Assembly: GCA_002104905.1 (NCBI GenBank)
Contig: MCFE01000491.1
Coordinates: 1-64,000, forward strand
Direction: 5' to 3'
From: Basidiobolus meristosporus CBS 931.73
Lineage: Eukaryota > Fungi > Basidiobolomycota
Length of the DNA: 64,000 bases
Within the stretch, counting starts at the first letter, position 1; every line of letters begins with the position of its first letter. Positions 50,787-62,204 of this stretch are shown piece by piece. A program made the translations under genes and the position numbers. The notes beneath the pieces were generated by a model, which saw nothing but the letters and a program-made list of their open reading frames with translations, made no database searches and had not been told where the DNA came from.

Positions 50787-52896
50787 ATGTCTAGATTACT
50801 ATACGAGACACTTCGCATATCGAAACCGAGAAATTTGCGTTGCTTTACCAATAATATAAAGGTCACCTGTAAAAGGGGCTATTCATGCGTCAAATCAAAT
50901 GGTACTGAATTTGCTATCAAGTTGGCCACCTTGGTGTAGTTTCTTATATAAATTCTTCGTAGAGCTCAAGTACCCGAACGGAAAGGTTTTACTTACCAAA
51001 AACAAAAGCTCTTTTTCCGAGAGTCATGTCACTTTCGAAGAGCTTGTAGATAAAGTAAATATTGCTTGTACATTTTGCCCATTTATATTGGGAATGACCA
51101 TTTTGGGTAGAATAATCTTAGAAAGCTTGTTCTTGCTGCTTACCAACTGGAAGTAGACTGGCTTATGTCAAAGTTACCACGAAACATTCCAATATGCTTG
51201 ATCAGAAATTGGCAACGACAATTAGGTGATAAGGTATTTATATTGAAGCTGATCTTTTATATCATCAAGCAGTGCTTACCTCCCCTATCAACTTGAAGCC
51301 AGGAACTTCTTCACTGCATTCAAATTTCACGGTTGTTCAGCCACCTTTGCCTGAAGATCGATATGGTAGCATGCATGCGAAGCTTCTAATATTGTATTAC
51401 GACAGTTTTCTACGCGTAATTATTACTTCAGCAAATCTGGTATGGGGCAATAGAGGCAATTTTACCTTCGAATATACCCTTACTGACTCTAACTCGTAGA
51501 CCTCACTCGATTGGGAAAGCTTTGAAAACGTAAGCATTTACGGGAAAGGTCCGGTTTGCATAAAGCACAGGTTTAATGTTGTGAATAGGCACTCTTTGTT
51601 CAAGACTTTCATCGTACAAAAGAAAAAATTTCCGATGCACCCGCTTTCGGCAGAGAACTCTACAGTTTCTTAGGCGCGTTGAAAGTTCCCAATTTCATTC
51701 GAAATTCACTTACCTGCTATGATTTCTCTACCGCAACTGTGAGTGTTTCGAAACCATATCCAAGAAAGCTATTCTCATTCTCTGTTGTAGGTCAACCTTG
51801 TACCGTCCATTCCCGGTTATCATATGTACAACCAAGAACAAACGTACGGATATCTCAGGATAGCTCGTATTCTACAGGATAACGGGCTAACGGTAGAGCC
51901 CGGCGATAATGGGATGAAGCTGGAGTACCAGGTTTGACTGAATTCACCAGGTTTTGCGAAATTGGCCATTAACGATAGTGTGCTGGGTTAGACAAGCGCC
52001 ATTGGAGCTATTGACGAATACTGGCTACGTGAATTCTACCGTTCATGCAGCGGCGGTTTGGCAGCCAAAGAAGTTTACAAAATGAAGGAGCTGCCAGTAG
52101 ATATTGTTTACCCCTCACAAAGAACCATATCGAATGCAGAACATGCGGTATTTGATATATTCCTGCTTCACAGATATGCTTCGCTTTGCTCACGCCAAGT
52201 TAATGTATCGAACCAGCACAACCACCAGTTTCACTTGAAGGAGGCCTACTACTCCAGACCAAACTTCCCCAAAGCTCTTTTGAGGGATTCATTGTGTAAG
52301 CAACCTGGTCGTTTAAGTCATTCCAAGGTAAAGACACATGGTTGATTGCTACCGGTAATACTTAATGACAATTGTTCATTAGATGTTTTTGGCCAAATTG
52401 CGCAAGTCGATTCCTCTAAAGGGAGCAGAGAAGACTCATGTCATTGGGTGGGACTACATAGGGTTTGTAGCCAAAGTATGCTTACTGTATGCTTCAAAAA
52501 TAACCATCTTGTATTCTGCAGAAGCCACAACCTGTCAAGTGGTGCTTGGTACAGCCATCCATCAAAGGCTCGCCATTATCCGTTTGTTTTTACTCATTTG
52601 CCATTCTTTAGGGGAAGGATTAATAATATGGTGCCAGGGAGCCGCTTCCGAAGAATGCATTTTAGAATCAATAATTTCGATCTAGGAGTTCTTAGGATCT
52701 TGACAACTGACAAAATCATAGACAATCCCGCTGATCTTCAATCTAGTCTGGAGTGTTTGGTCACGCCATCATATACCTCCCCACCGCCTCGGTACAATCA
52801 TGATGATAGCCCATATGTAAGTCGATCCCAATGGTACGAAAGGTCTCAACACACTGACCCTATTGCATACTGTAGTTTGACCCGCCAGATCTTTGA
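50787..52896 (+). CDS. TDP1: Tyrosyl-DNA phosphodiesterase 1-like (PLD superfamily), many exons
   Basis: Two HxK motifs (GSMHAKLLIL..RVIITSANL and RLSHSK..SHNLSSGAW), plus LVPSIPG, IVYPS and INNFDLGVL. Start and end are approximate (alternative stop at 52930). Confidence 0.8.
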
Positions 52897-53905
52897 TCCT
52901 GAGTTTTCCATCAATTGCGCTCGTGACTGACACTTGCAGTGTTCCTCATCAATGCAAGTTTACCCAATATTGTACGCTCCGCAATGGAATTTTCAATTCA
53001 CCATGACTGTTAATAAATAGTTAGCATACAAGAGCTCATAAAATCTGCGGTTTGGGTTGTTGTAAACATAAGCATGAGGAATCAGATCCATGGTACTCAG
53101 AATAGCCCAACTACCGCCGTCATGGTTTTGATTATGCCTCGGGATTCCAGGTAGATTGTTGTGGGGAGGAAGGTCAAGAGGGTGGCGTCGATGTCTCCCT
53201 AGGTATCAATACACGAGGAAGTCCTTGGGTGATAGTTAATCATTAGCTTGTTCCTAATCGATTTCGGCACACTTGCACGTTATATTTCTAGTGTCGGCAG
53301 GGGATAAATCCTTTCCGAGTTTCTGAAGATATGTTAAATATGCGCTACATCCCTAATATCTGGCACGTAATTCTCGATATGGAACCTTTGCCCATTGCAA
53401 ACCAAATCCGCTATCATGTGGACTCTGAGCGGTAACATCCCCAGAGACTAAAGCGGTTTATGCATATTTCATGCGCTATGTGCGAAACTTTAGGTATACT
53501 TAATGTCACCCTAGTTGGTTAATCCCTGAAGATTTCATCCTCACTCGGCTATACTCAGGCCTGAGGCAACCTTATAATTTAATATTCAGGCTATCAACTG
53601 CTTCCGACAACATTCCTCCTGGAGAACAAGGAAGACCTGAGAACATCACCCTCCATGATGTGTACCCTAATCCTGGCCCATCCTATTGTTTTAGTCTCTT
53701 CACCCTAGGCCTGGATATTGCACATCTGGTACCAACTATTTGTAGTTCATGCATTCCATTTTGCCCTGAGCATTGTCCATTTCTGATCGCCAACGTCTAG
53801 AAACTACGTCCAACTGCTATGGGGGGCATATTGTTTACATTTCAAAATTTATTCAGCGTGATACCAACAATACTAGGCAATAAGCAATATTTTGGAATTC
53901 AGGGT

Positions 53906-54271
53906 TTACAACTTCCGACAAAGTGCACCAATTCTGCCGGCGCAAGACCCTGCAGGGCGATCCAGTTTGCCGTCTGGGAAAATAGCCAGGCAAGTGTATG
54001 GGTATTCATCACGGTCCTTGATATCAACATAGACCGGGCCGCTGATTTTGGTTGGGAAGTGATCAGCGTCGCTCTGATCAATGGATGCCAATACTCCTCC
54101 ACAAGCTTTACAAGCCTCCATAGCTTTCGGGTAACTTCTCCTTTGAACTATTTCAAAAAACTCCCCCGCAGGACTCTGGATGGTGGTGGATGGACAAGGG
54201 AAATCCTCCTTCGCAGAGATGGAGGAGATAGCGAGGGCAGCGAACAATAACGCGATTGAAGGTGTTTTCAT
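53906..54271 (-). CDS. Small secreted Cys-rich protein with C-type-lectin-like pattern, 121 aa
   Basis: Signal peptide MKTPSIALLFAALAISSISA, RSYPKAMEACKACGGVLASI (CTLD helix-1 pattern A..C...GG.LASI) and terminal CLAI..DG..C......LC. Confidence 0.65.
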   Translation of the reverse strand: MKTPSIALLFAALAISSISAKEDFPCPSTTIQSPAGEFFEIVQRRSYPKAMEACKACGGVLASIDQSDADHFPTKISGPVYVDIKDRDEYPYTCLAIFPDGKLDRPAGSCAGRIGALCRKL

Positions 54272-56174
54272 TATATGTACGGTGATGGATATTGGACATT
54301 CGTGGAGTAATTGGCTCTTTTATGCTATTCGATCTTACCTAGATCAAAACACTACGTAACAAATACGCAATATATTGCCATTGTTTGTGGATTATGGCCA
54401 CTTGCACCTTCTAGAGAAGCTGGAGCTATTGATTGTTCTTACGGCCCAGCTCGCGAAACTGGTTCACCGGTGGCATATCCAATGAACTCGGTTATTGCCA
54501 CAAAATAGAACATTCCTTCTGCCTAGCTTTACATCATATTGTGGTGGGGCTTGCGAGTTTAAGTGAAGTGTGTAATACAGATTTTAATAGATCATACTTT
54601 GTGTATCAGCTGTATATTGGTTAATAATGCCCCGTGACCTTGGAGCAGGGCTGGACAACTAACCAACCATATGTTACCTATGTACTACTGATTTAGATTT
54701 AGAGTTGACGAGCTACAACAAAATACCCAGGCTGTGGATATATATAGGACTTGAGCTGTGTTAAGACTTGGGCAGAAACAGAACCAATTTCTGCGTTGCA
54801 ATATGTCAAGCCCGAAGTAATGTTGTCACTTGCTGGGTGTCAAGTGCCTGAGAAATCATTTTGTAGTAAATCCTTGGATTCCTTACTATTGCGTAAATTT
54901 CAGCAGAAACGGTTGGCACTCTTGCACTCAATATTCCTATGGAAAATCTCAAACTTGGAATTCATCTGATAATCTGCTGATATTCTGCTAGTGTTCTAAC
55001 GGTATTTTGCTGGCATTCAGCTGGTGTTTTTGCTTCAAATTTTCAGTTACAGTTCTTGGTGGAAGCAGTGAGTAGCTGATTACCAAATTTGGTATGAATG
55101 CTAGTTGGCCTAGTCTCCTCCTGGAAAATATGTCTGCTTGTCTGCCAAATACCTACTACTTGAGATATTGAAAGTTGTAATTTTAGTGCAGCTTGGTATT
55201 CAGCTGATATTATAACGGTATTCTACTGAGCTTAATTTTTTTCTTAGGGATAATGATGCAGCTTTTGCGGTGACTTCAATTGCTAACGCTCAAACCAATC
55301 ACCTTGCTCTCTAGCTCCGGCTCTGGTTTTGAGTGCTGTGTTGGAGGAGCTATGCTATGGCGGCTACCAAGTCAAAACCTTCAATAATTAAATTTAAGGG
55401 GGCCTGTAAAACAAGTTGCAATAGGTATGTTTCAAGTGAACGAAATCGTTAATGGTTCTGCGAGCAGACTAAAAGTAGAGGAGCACTGCACTTGAAGGAA
55501 CTTTCACAGGTCACCCATACGTTGCCAGTTTAAAAAGAGAAGCATGTGTAGAGTTAGGAGTCTTTTGCTGCAAACCAAATCTTCATTTCAGCCATTCCAC
55601 AATTGGGTGGGATTATTAAATGCCATAATGCAAATCAAGTGTTAAAAATGACGAGTACCACAGCAGAGATCATACCACAATTGCCTATACTAGGAAGTCA
55701 CTATTTGTACCACAAATCCTACAACTCATAAACTCACCAGTAGTTACATCTCAGTCAAAGAGTACAATTTGCAACAAGCTTGACTTGGATAATGATTTGT
55801 TATAAGTTGTAGCACGACTCAAGCTTAGTATATACCAAACTATGAACGAAACGGGCTACTTCCGTATGTAGGATTGTTGTAATGTTCCACTAACTCACCT
55901 ACCAATGAGCTAGCCAGGTCGCTCATTGTGGTACACAGATAGGATCAGAGCTTTATGATGGGGGGTTTTCTGGATAACTATGGTTAGTCTTGCACCAACC
56001 ATTACTGATAGATAAATTTTTTTCCACAACTCGTCAATGATAGCAGCTAGGGGTGGTGGACAGCTTCATTGGTATGGATTGGCCGCAAAGATCCCAGTGA
56101 AACCAAGTTCACTTTGGGTTCATCCTACTGTTTTCTATATAAAGCTAATATTCCTACCAACCAATACCTCAACA

Positions 56175-58076
56175 ATGCTCTCTACCGATTTGCTATTTAC
56201 TAAACGCACCCCGCAGGATGAGCCTGTGGGCGATGATGACTGCTCGCCAGATTACCGGAGACCTGGGTGTTTGTCAAACGCGTTGAGATGCAAATTTAGG
56301 AGACGTCAGCTAGTCCAAAAAAACCAAGCTCCGCATTCGGAATACTTCAGGCTTCTGGCTGCATCCAAGGGCGGGGTTTTCACGATTTCCTTCCTTGGCG
56401 AGCAAGTCCCTACCAGCTCAGTAATCAGGAAGGCACATCCGAACGTCTCTCTCGATATAGCGCGTGCTCTTGCAAAGATGCAAGATATGTTGCAACAAAC
56501 CTCATCACAGTTGACTAAACTGAACACTGCTTGCCGTGACTATGCGGATCGTAGGAAATGCGCGAATGACGATGTAATGGAGTATATCAAGTGGAGAGAG
56601 CTACTACCTGATAGTGAAGGCAATTGCAATGTTTGTGCACACTGGGGCGGAAGCTTTCCCGAGGTATGCAGTAGGGTTATCGGCAGAGAGTTGACTACAA
56701 TTGAGTTTGAAGTAGTGCATCGCTATGAGGAAATTGCGCAAATGGTAAAGGCTGTTTGCACCAATGAATATGAGGAAGAAGCCATCGAAAATTGTACACG
56801 AGCCTGGATTGCAAATATTTGTGAGCTGTTTATGCGCACCGGGGACGCCATCAAGCAAAAGACAAGCAACGTATATAACTCTAAAGGATCCTGGAAGTCT
56901 TATACTGATGATGTGGACACCTGGTCGGCCATAGGGAAATGTGTGGGGGTGGAGAAGGATATATACTGTCCAGAGGTGCTCTTCGGATGGATCTTGAGAT
57001 TTCTTGTTGAGTATGAAGCGGGATGGGGCAATGTGTCGGAAAACATGCATTTGTTTGAGCAATTCGGGTTGATCGATTTCAAGCGGATAGCTGTCCCTTG
57101 TGATGCCCATCATGAACAGGTGCTCTTACGACTGATGGAGCAGGCAGCACTGCCCGGAGTCAAGCCAGGATTGATTTATCTAAACAATCTGGGCCTTTGG
57201 TGTAAGGCAATTTGTGAACGCGGGCAGCAGGCAGTGAAGGAATCGTACGTCCCGTTTACAACACGCTGCAACCGCTGCAAACTGTGGGGAACGGTTTGTG
57301 ATGTTTCCGCTGCAGGAACCAACGCGCTACTCACATCGCAAGACAGACTACACAGATTAGAATACCAGAGCTTTTTATGTAAGATCATCAACGATGGTTA
57401 CGATTTCGAGACGGACTACATGCGCGGTGAGGTGAGTAACTTCGTACAGGTGCTGCCTGAAGCCATGAGGACCTTTAATGTGCTACGAAAAGACGCTGCT
57501 CACATTAGCCAGTGTGACCTACTATGCCATACCTCCTTATTGTCATGTGCTATAACTGGACTTTACGGGATATTAAGTGGGAGAAATCTGGTAGTGGAAA
57601 AGCAGTGCTACCGAGTTTACGTTGACGAAGGTAATTCACCAACAACCTATTGGAAGTACAGATTCTTTGGAGAATACAAGCATTGCATCAGAGCTCATAC
57701 ATCTGAAGAAGGCTATTCTGAACTTGACAGGATCGAAAGATGGACTCGTACTATATGCAATAAGACCGCCGGCACTATTTCGGGAGACCTTGGTGACTTA
57801 ACATATGAGGTTTGGTCCGCCACCGCTGGTATCGTACTGCAGTGCGACTTTGGCGTGTTGGATATTCATAGCGCATGCTCAATAGCTGGTGAGAAACGGG
57901 TGACTCTACACCAAATAATTCATAAATGGGGTGGGAAGTGGCACGAGTTGGCATATGCTGCCTTATTGGCTATGTATGTGTTACCACTAAATATTGGCGA
58001 TGTCACAGTAAGCGGAAGCATAGATTTGTGTACAATCCCAGAATGGCAGGATCTGTTGAAATCCGAAATGATGTAG
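56175..58076 (+). CDS. Intronless 633-aa Cys-rich orphan protein
   Basis: 1.9-kb open frame with normal CpG content, a TATATAAA-like element about 40 bp upstream and an aacaATG start (ORF open from 56037). No family recognised. Confidence 0.7.
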   Translation: MLSTDLLFTKRTPQDEPVGDDDCSPDYRRPGCLSNALRCKFRRRQLVQKNQAPHSEYFRLLAASKGGVFTISFLGEQVPTSSVIRKAHPNVSLDIARALAKMQDMLQQTSSQLTKLNTACRDYADRRKCANDDVMEYIKWRELLPDSEGNCNVCAHWGGSFPEVCSRVIGRELTTIEFEVVHRYEEIAQMVKAVCTNEYEEEAIENCTRAWIANICELFMRTGDAIKQKTSNVYNSKGSWKSYTDDVDTWSAIGKCVGVEKDIYCPEVLFGWILRFLVEYEAGWGNVSENMHLFEQFGLIDFKRIAVPCDAHHEQVLLRLMEQAALPGVKPGLIYLNNLGLWCKAICERGQQAVKESYVPFTTRCNRCKLWGTVCDVSAAGTNALLTSQDRLHRLEYQSFLCKIINDGYDFETDYMRGEVSNFVQVLPEAMRTFNVLRKDAAHISQCDLLCHTSLLSCAITGLYGILSGRNLVVEKQCYRVYVDEGNSPTTYWKYRFFGEYKHCIRAHTSEEGYSELDRIERWTRTICNKTAGTISGDLGDLTYEVWSATAGIVLQCDFGVLDIHSACSIAGEKRVTLHQIIHKWGGKWHELAYAALLAMYVLPLNIGDVTVSGSIDLCTIPEWQDLLKSEMM

Positions 58077-58323
58077 AAATTTTTATTTCATATTTTGTGT
58101 CAATCGGCACCAAGACAATACATTTCAAATAGCCGCCTTATACATCCAAGTAAGATTTATTTACTCTATGAGTATATTTTAGACTTGTTGAAAATTCAAG
58201 TTATTCAGATAAAAATATTTCAACTAGTTGGTCCACCTGCTGACTTGAGGGTAGGCCAGCACAAACGGTTTAAACATCCATTTAAGGCACTCGAAGTAAA
58301 GAAGTAATCACTATGCAACCTGT

Positions 58324-58419
58324 GGGATGACAGTTACCAGCAGGTGAAATCTTGAATTTGACTGCTGAATGCATTAAAACCAGGTGATACCTGGGTAAGA
58401 TCTATAAATAAAGAGAAGC
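58324..58419 (-). other. Conserved 3'-terminal double-hairpin module, copy A (divergent)
   Basis: Plus strand GGGATGACAG-TTACC-agca-GGTGA-AA-TCTT...AAAGAGAAGC. Confidence 0.6.
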
Positions 58420-58489
58420 ATCATCTTGTTAAGTATAATCACTTGATGGTTAGACTTTTACATAGGAGCGCTTAAGTACTATTTGTTGC

Positions 58490-58712
58490 AAGAGTCTTGG
58501 AGATATTGGAAGTGATTGCAACAGAAAGTAGACTATGTGGTTTTCACTTTATGATTTATTGAATGTATATGTATTATATATACTTTTACATGGTCTTGGC
58601 ATAAAGACTATGTAGAATAGGTTTAGGAAGGTTCCACAAACATGGGTGCAAAGTGTTGGGCTATTTGGACAACATATCTAATTTTCATATTCTGGGTACC
58701 GGATATTTTGGT
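58490..58712 (+). repeat. Dispersed AT-rich repeat, copy 3, truncated at a TAAGGG-like tract
   Basis: Reverse-complement homolog of 22834-23070 and 41139-41430. Similarity stops at about 58712, where AAGGGTAAGGG begins. Confidence 0.7.
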
Positions 58713-58720
58713 AAGGGTAA

Positions 58721-59420
58721 GGGGGGGGGACAGTCACCAACAGGTGAAATCTTTATTTCAGTTGAAACAAAGAAGCCAGTGCTACTGTTGTAGCTTTGAT
58801 ACAAGAATGTGTAGCTGAGGGGAACTTGTAGGTAAGTGAATAAGAAGAGATGATAGTTCTTCTCTACTCAAGACACTGTTCAGTGAGAAGGGGGGTAGCA
58901 AGAGGGGTAAGAATGATTTGTGAACAACATTGATAAGGGGAATGTGATAAGGATTGATACTCATCATAAAGGGAATGTGCTGCTTCAGATATTGCTGCCA
59001 ATGGTCTGTCAAGTACTTCAGGTAGACCAGCTTGGGTTTTTCTGACTGCAGAATACATTGACCAAACCTCTTGACTTCAGGATCCCCAAGTATAGTTCTT
59101 CAGCAGGAGCCAGGTGTAGTGTTGTGTGTTCTCTTCCAGGCCTTGATCAATGGGTTGTTGCAGTGGTGAAGTCTGAGATATAATCTGGCTCTAAGATAGA
59201 GAAGTTGGATCTTATGACGCATAAACTCAAAAGCACTAAGAGTAGCATATCTGTAGGGGCATTCAGGCAGATGAGGCACCAAGGAGTTAATGCACCATAC
59301 TGCAAACTTGTCAAGCTTGGTGCAGTCTCTAGAAGTAAGAGAGAGAAGTGATAAACCTAATTCCAGGACAGGGAGGACAAACTGCTTGAGCAGAAGGAGG
59401 CAGCTGGGAGCTGAAGTTAG
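58721..59420 (-). mobile_element. 5'-truncated non-LTR retrotransposon (family 1), ORF2 thumb/C-terminus plus 3' module B (58721-58777)
   Basis: Translates LTSRDCTKLDKF..NSLVPHLPECPY..KIQLLYLRARLYLRL. Highly similar to 59525-60160 and ends in TCTTT..AAAGA-TT-TCACC-tgtt-GGTGA-ctgt-C9. Confidence 0.85.
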
Positions 59421-59462
59421 GGTGTAGGTGATATATTCAGGGCTAGGAAAAGATTAGAAGGG

Positions 59463-60638
59463 TCAGGGGGAGAGACAGTCACCAACAGGCAAAATCTTTA
59501 CTTCAGTTGAAACAAAGAAGCCAGTGCTACTGTTGTAGCTATGATACAAGAGTGTGTAGCTGAGGGGGATTTGTAGGTAAGTGAATAAGGAGAGATGATA
59601 GTTCTTCTGTACTCAAGACACTGTTCAGTGAGAAGGGGCATAGCAAGAGAGGTAAGAATGATATGTGAGCAACATTGATAAGGGGAATGTGATAAGGATT
59701 GATACTAATCATAAAGGGAGTGTGCTGCTTCAAATATTGCTGTCAATGGTCTGTCAAGTACTTCAGGTAGGCCAGCTGGGGTATTTCTGAATGCCAAATA
59801 TATTGAGCAAACTTCTTGACTTCAGGATCTCCAAGTATTGTTCTCCAGTAGAAGCCAGGTGTAGTGTGGTGTGTTTTCTTCCAGTCCTTGATCAATGGGT
59901 TGTTGCAGTGGTGAAGTCTGAGATATAATCAGGTTCTAAGATAGAGAAGTCTGATCTTATAGGGCATAAACCCAAAAGCACCAAGAATAGCATGTCTGTA
60001 GGGGCATTGAGGCAAATGAGGCACCAAGGAGTTATTGAACCATACTACAAACTTGTCAAGCTTGGTGCAGTCTCTAGAAGTAAGAGAGAGAAGTGTAAAC
60101 CAAATTCCAGGACAGGGAAGACAAACTGCTTGAGTGGAAGGAGGCAGCTGGGAGCTGAAGTTGTAGAAAGAGTAACAGCCAGTAGCTTGTGGAGTGCCTC
60201 TCTTGCCAGGATAATTCTCTTCTTCAGGTGTGCTCCAGAGTCTAGTCCAGTACAAAGGAAAGGAAAGCCAAGATATGTAGCAGAAACTCAAGCTGGTAGA
60301 GTGGAGTTCTCCAAGTTGATATGACAGCCCAAAGGTACTGTCTTTGCAATGAAAAGCTGGAGATTATTCCTCTGCAGATACTGGTGGGTGGTTGGGGATT
60401 CTTGCTGCATATTGGAGGAGGATATTCTGATGTTGTCAGCAAAGAGAGTTACCAGGCAGTCAGCTGAGAGTCTTGGGAAATCATTCAGGAAGATGGCAAA
60501 CAGTATAAGACCAAGCACAGAGCCTTGAACCACTCCATTAGGAACTGAGAACACAGCTGATTGCTCACTTGGGTGCAGAATTGTTGCTTGTGGATCTAGG
60601 AACAGTGACCTGACAAGGAGGGTAAGAGAGGTACTGGA
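59463..60638 (-). mobile_element. 5'-truncated non-LTR retrotransposon (family 1), RT domains 4-7 to C-terminus plus 3' module C (59463-59522)
   Basis: PNGVVQGSVLGLILFAIFLNDF..LFADNI..NNLQLFIAKT, which is LINE-type RT. It carries stops and frameshifts. Confidence 0.9.
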
Positions 60639-60826
60639 GCCAGGTCTGAGAGAGGTTTCCTGGAAAGCCAGGCCTGAGAAGTGAGAATCTGCAAACTTGT
60701 CAAGCTTAGTACAGTCTCTAGAAGTAAGAGAGAGAAGTGGTAAGCCAAATATCAGGACAGGGAAGACAAACTGCTTGAGTAGAAGGAGGCAGCTGGGAGC
60801 TGAAGTTGTAGGAGGAGTAACAGCCA
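60638..60826 (-). mobile_element. Chimeric junction: about 53-bp SINE internal fragment (60638-60691) fused to a family-1 LINE thumb fragment (60691-60826)
   Basis: 60641-60691 matches 62376-62426 (aggtctgagagaggtttcctggaaagccaggcctgagaagtgagaatctg). 60691-60826 matches about 60045-60180 and 59297-59418. Confidence 0.8.
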
Positions 60827-60828
60827 GG

Positions 60829-62203
60829 AGAGGGAAAGTCACCAAGTTGGTGAAATCTTTATTTGCATTAAGAACTAATCTAAGTACAAATAAAAAAGCC
60901 AATTAAGAGGTCTAGAACCTCTCTAATAAGTAATCTAATTTATGTTTTGTTTCATCTCTAATGTTTGTTTCAATAAAGTAAAGCTCATCAGGGGTAAATA
61001 TAAAATTCAAGGGTTTTGGGGGAAGTACAAATTGTAGATGTTTCTGATCAATATAATCCAAGACTGGAACCCAGCCTGGGATTAGGTGTAGTAGGAAAGG
61101 TGTGTGGACTTGTGGCTAGCACTGCCACATAGATCTTAGATGGTCCTGAGCCAGTAGTCTTGGTTTCTCAGCTTTTTGAAGTTTTGAAGCAAGCTCTGTT
61201 ACTTCAGCAGAGCCAACCAGGGTGTGCCAGCAAGAAGATTTCAGGGAGGAGTTAGATTGAAGCCATTGTTGGATGGAGGGGTTATGTGATTTCTGAAGTT
61301 TGACTAGGAAGGAAGCACGGAGATAGACCATTTGGATTTGGTATGGGTAGAACCTAAAGGCTCCATTAGTTGCATGGATATAGGGAGATACCGGAAGATA
61401 AGGTACCAAGGATCTGATACACTGATGGAGAAATTTATCCAGGTGGTGAAGCTCTCTGGAGGTTAGGGGTATAATGGGGAGACCAGATTCAAGTACTGGC
61501 AGTACATGCTGCTTCAGAAGTATAGGGATCTTTTGAATTGGAGTGTCTGGAGTGAATACTACCAGAAGCTTTTTGAGAGCCTATTGGGCAAGACGGATCC
61601 TATTATTCAGGTGCAGCTTTGAGTCAATCCCATGTTGACCAAATGGCAGACCTAGATATATTGCAGTTTGTTGTGGCAGAATGCTAGTGTTCTGTATAGT
61701 TGTAGTGCACCCAATTGGGACTGTCTTGGAAATTGAGAGTGAGAGGTTGTTGGCAGCCAAGTACCTCTCAATGATGGCAGTGTCTGCCATGGGATTAGGA
61801 GTAGCAATCTTGATATTGTCTGCATAGAGAGTTAGTAGTGGATAGGGAGAGTCTGGTGAGGGGCCTTTTGGAAATAAAGGAAAATTGTGTAGGAATATCA
61901 CAAATAGTAAGGGACTTAGTACAGATCCTTGGACTACTCCCTTTGGAACCTCATAAGTCTCTGATGTGCAACTTGGATACAAAGTTTTGGCTGAGTTCTC
62001 ACAAAATAGAGAACGTATAAGAAGGGTCATTGGTAGTGTGGGAACTGCTAATAGCTTTCCTCAAAGCAGAGCTCTGTCCACAGAGTCAAAGGCTTTAGTA
62101 ATGTCAGACAGAATGGTTGGCAATGAGAATTGAAGTGAATGATCATGGCTTAGCACTACAGCCATATCCAAGGAGAGTTTGGGCAAGAAGCCAAACTGAG
62201 GGT
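60829..62203 (-). mobile_element. 5'-truncated non-LTR retrotransposon (family 2), RT domains to C-terminus plus 3' module D (60829-60900)
   Basis: NPQFGFLP, SDITKAFDSVDR, GVVQGSVLSPLLFVIFL, LYADNI, LSISKT, YLGLPFGQHGID and LTSRELHHLDKF. In-frame stops are present. Confidence 0.92.
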
Positions 62204-62204
62204 T

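Noticed and set aside
53819-54250. 143-aa plus-strand ORF and other antisense ORFs over real genes (e.g. 9325..9675, 48463..48792, 56604..57113)
   Set aside because: These are shadow ORFs on the opposite strand of better-supported coding sequences.
54960-55240. Degenerate direct repeat (cagctgatatt..taacggtatt) in CpG-poor DNA
   Set aside because: Too short and divergent to define an element; probably a decayed TE fragment.
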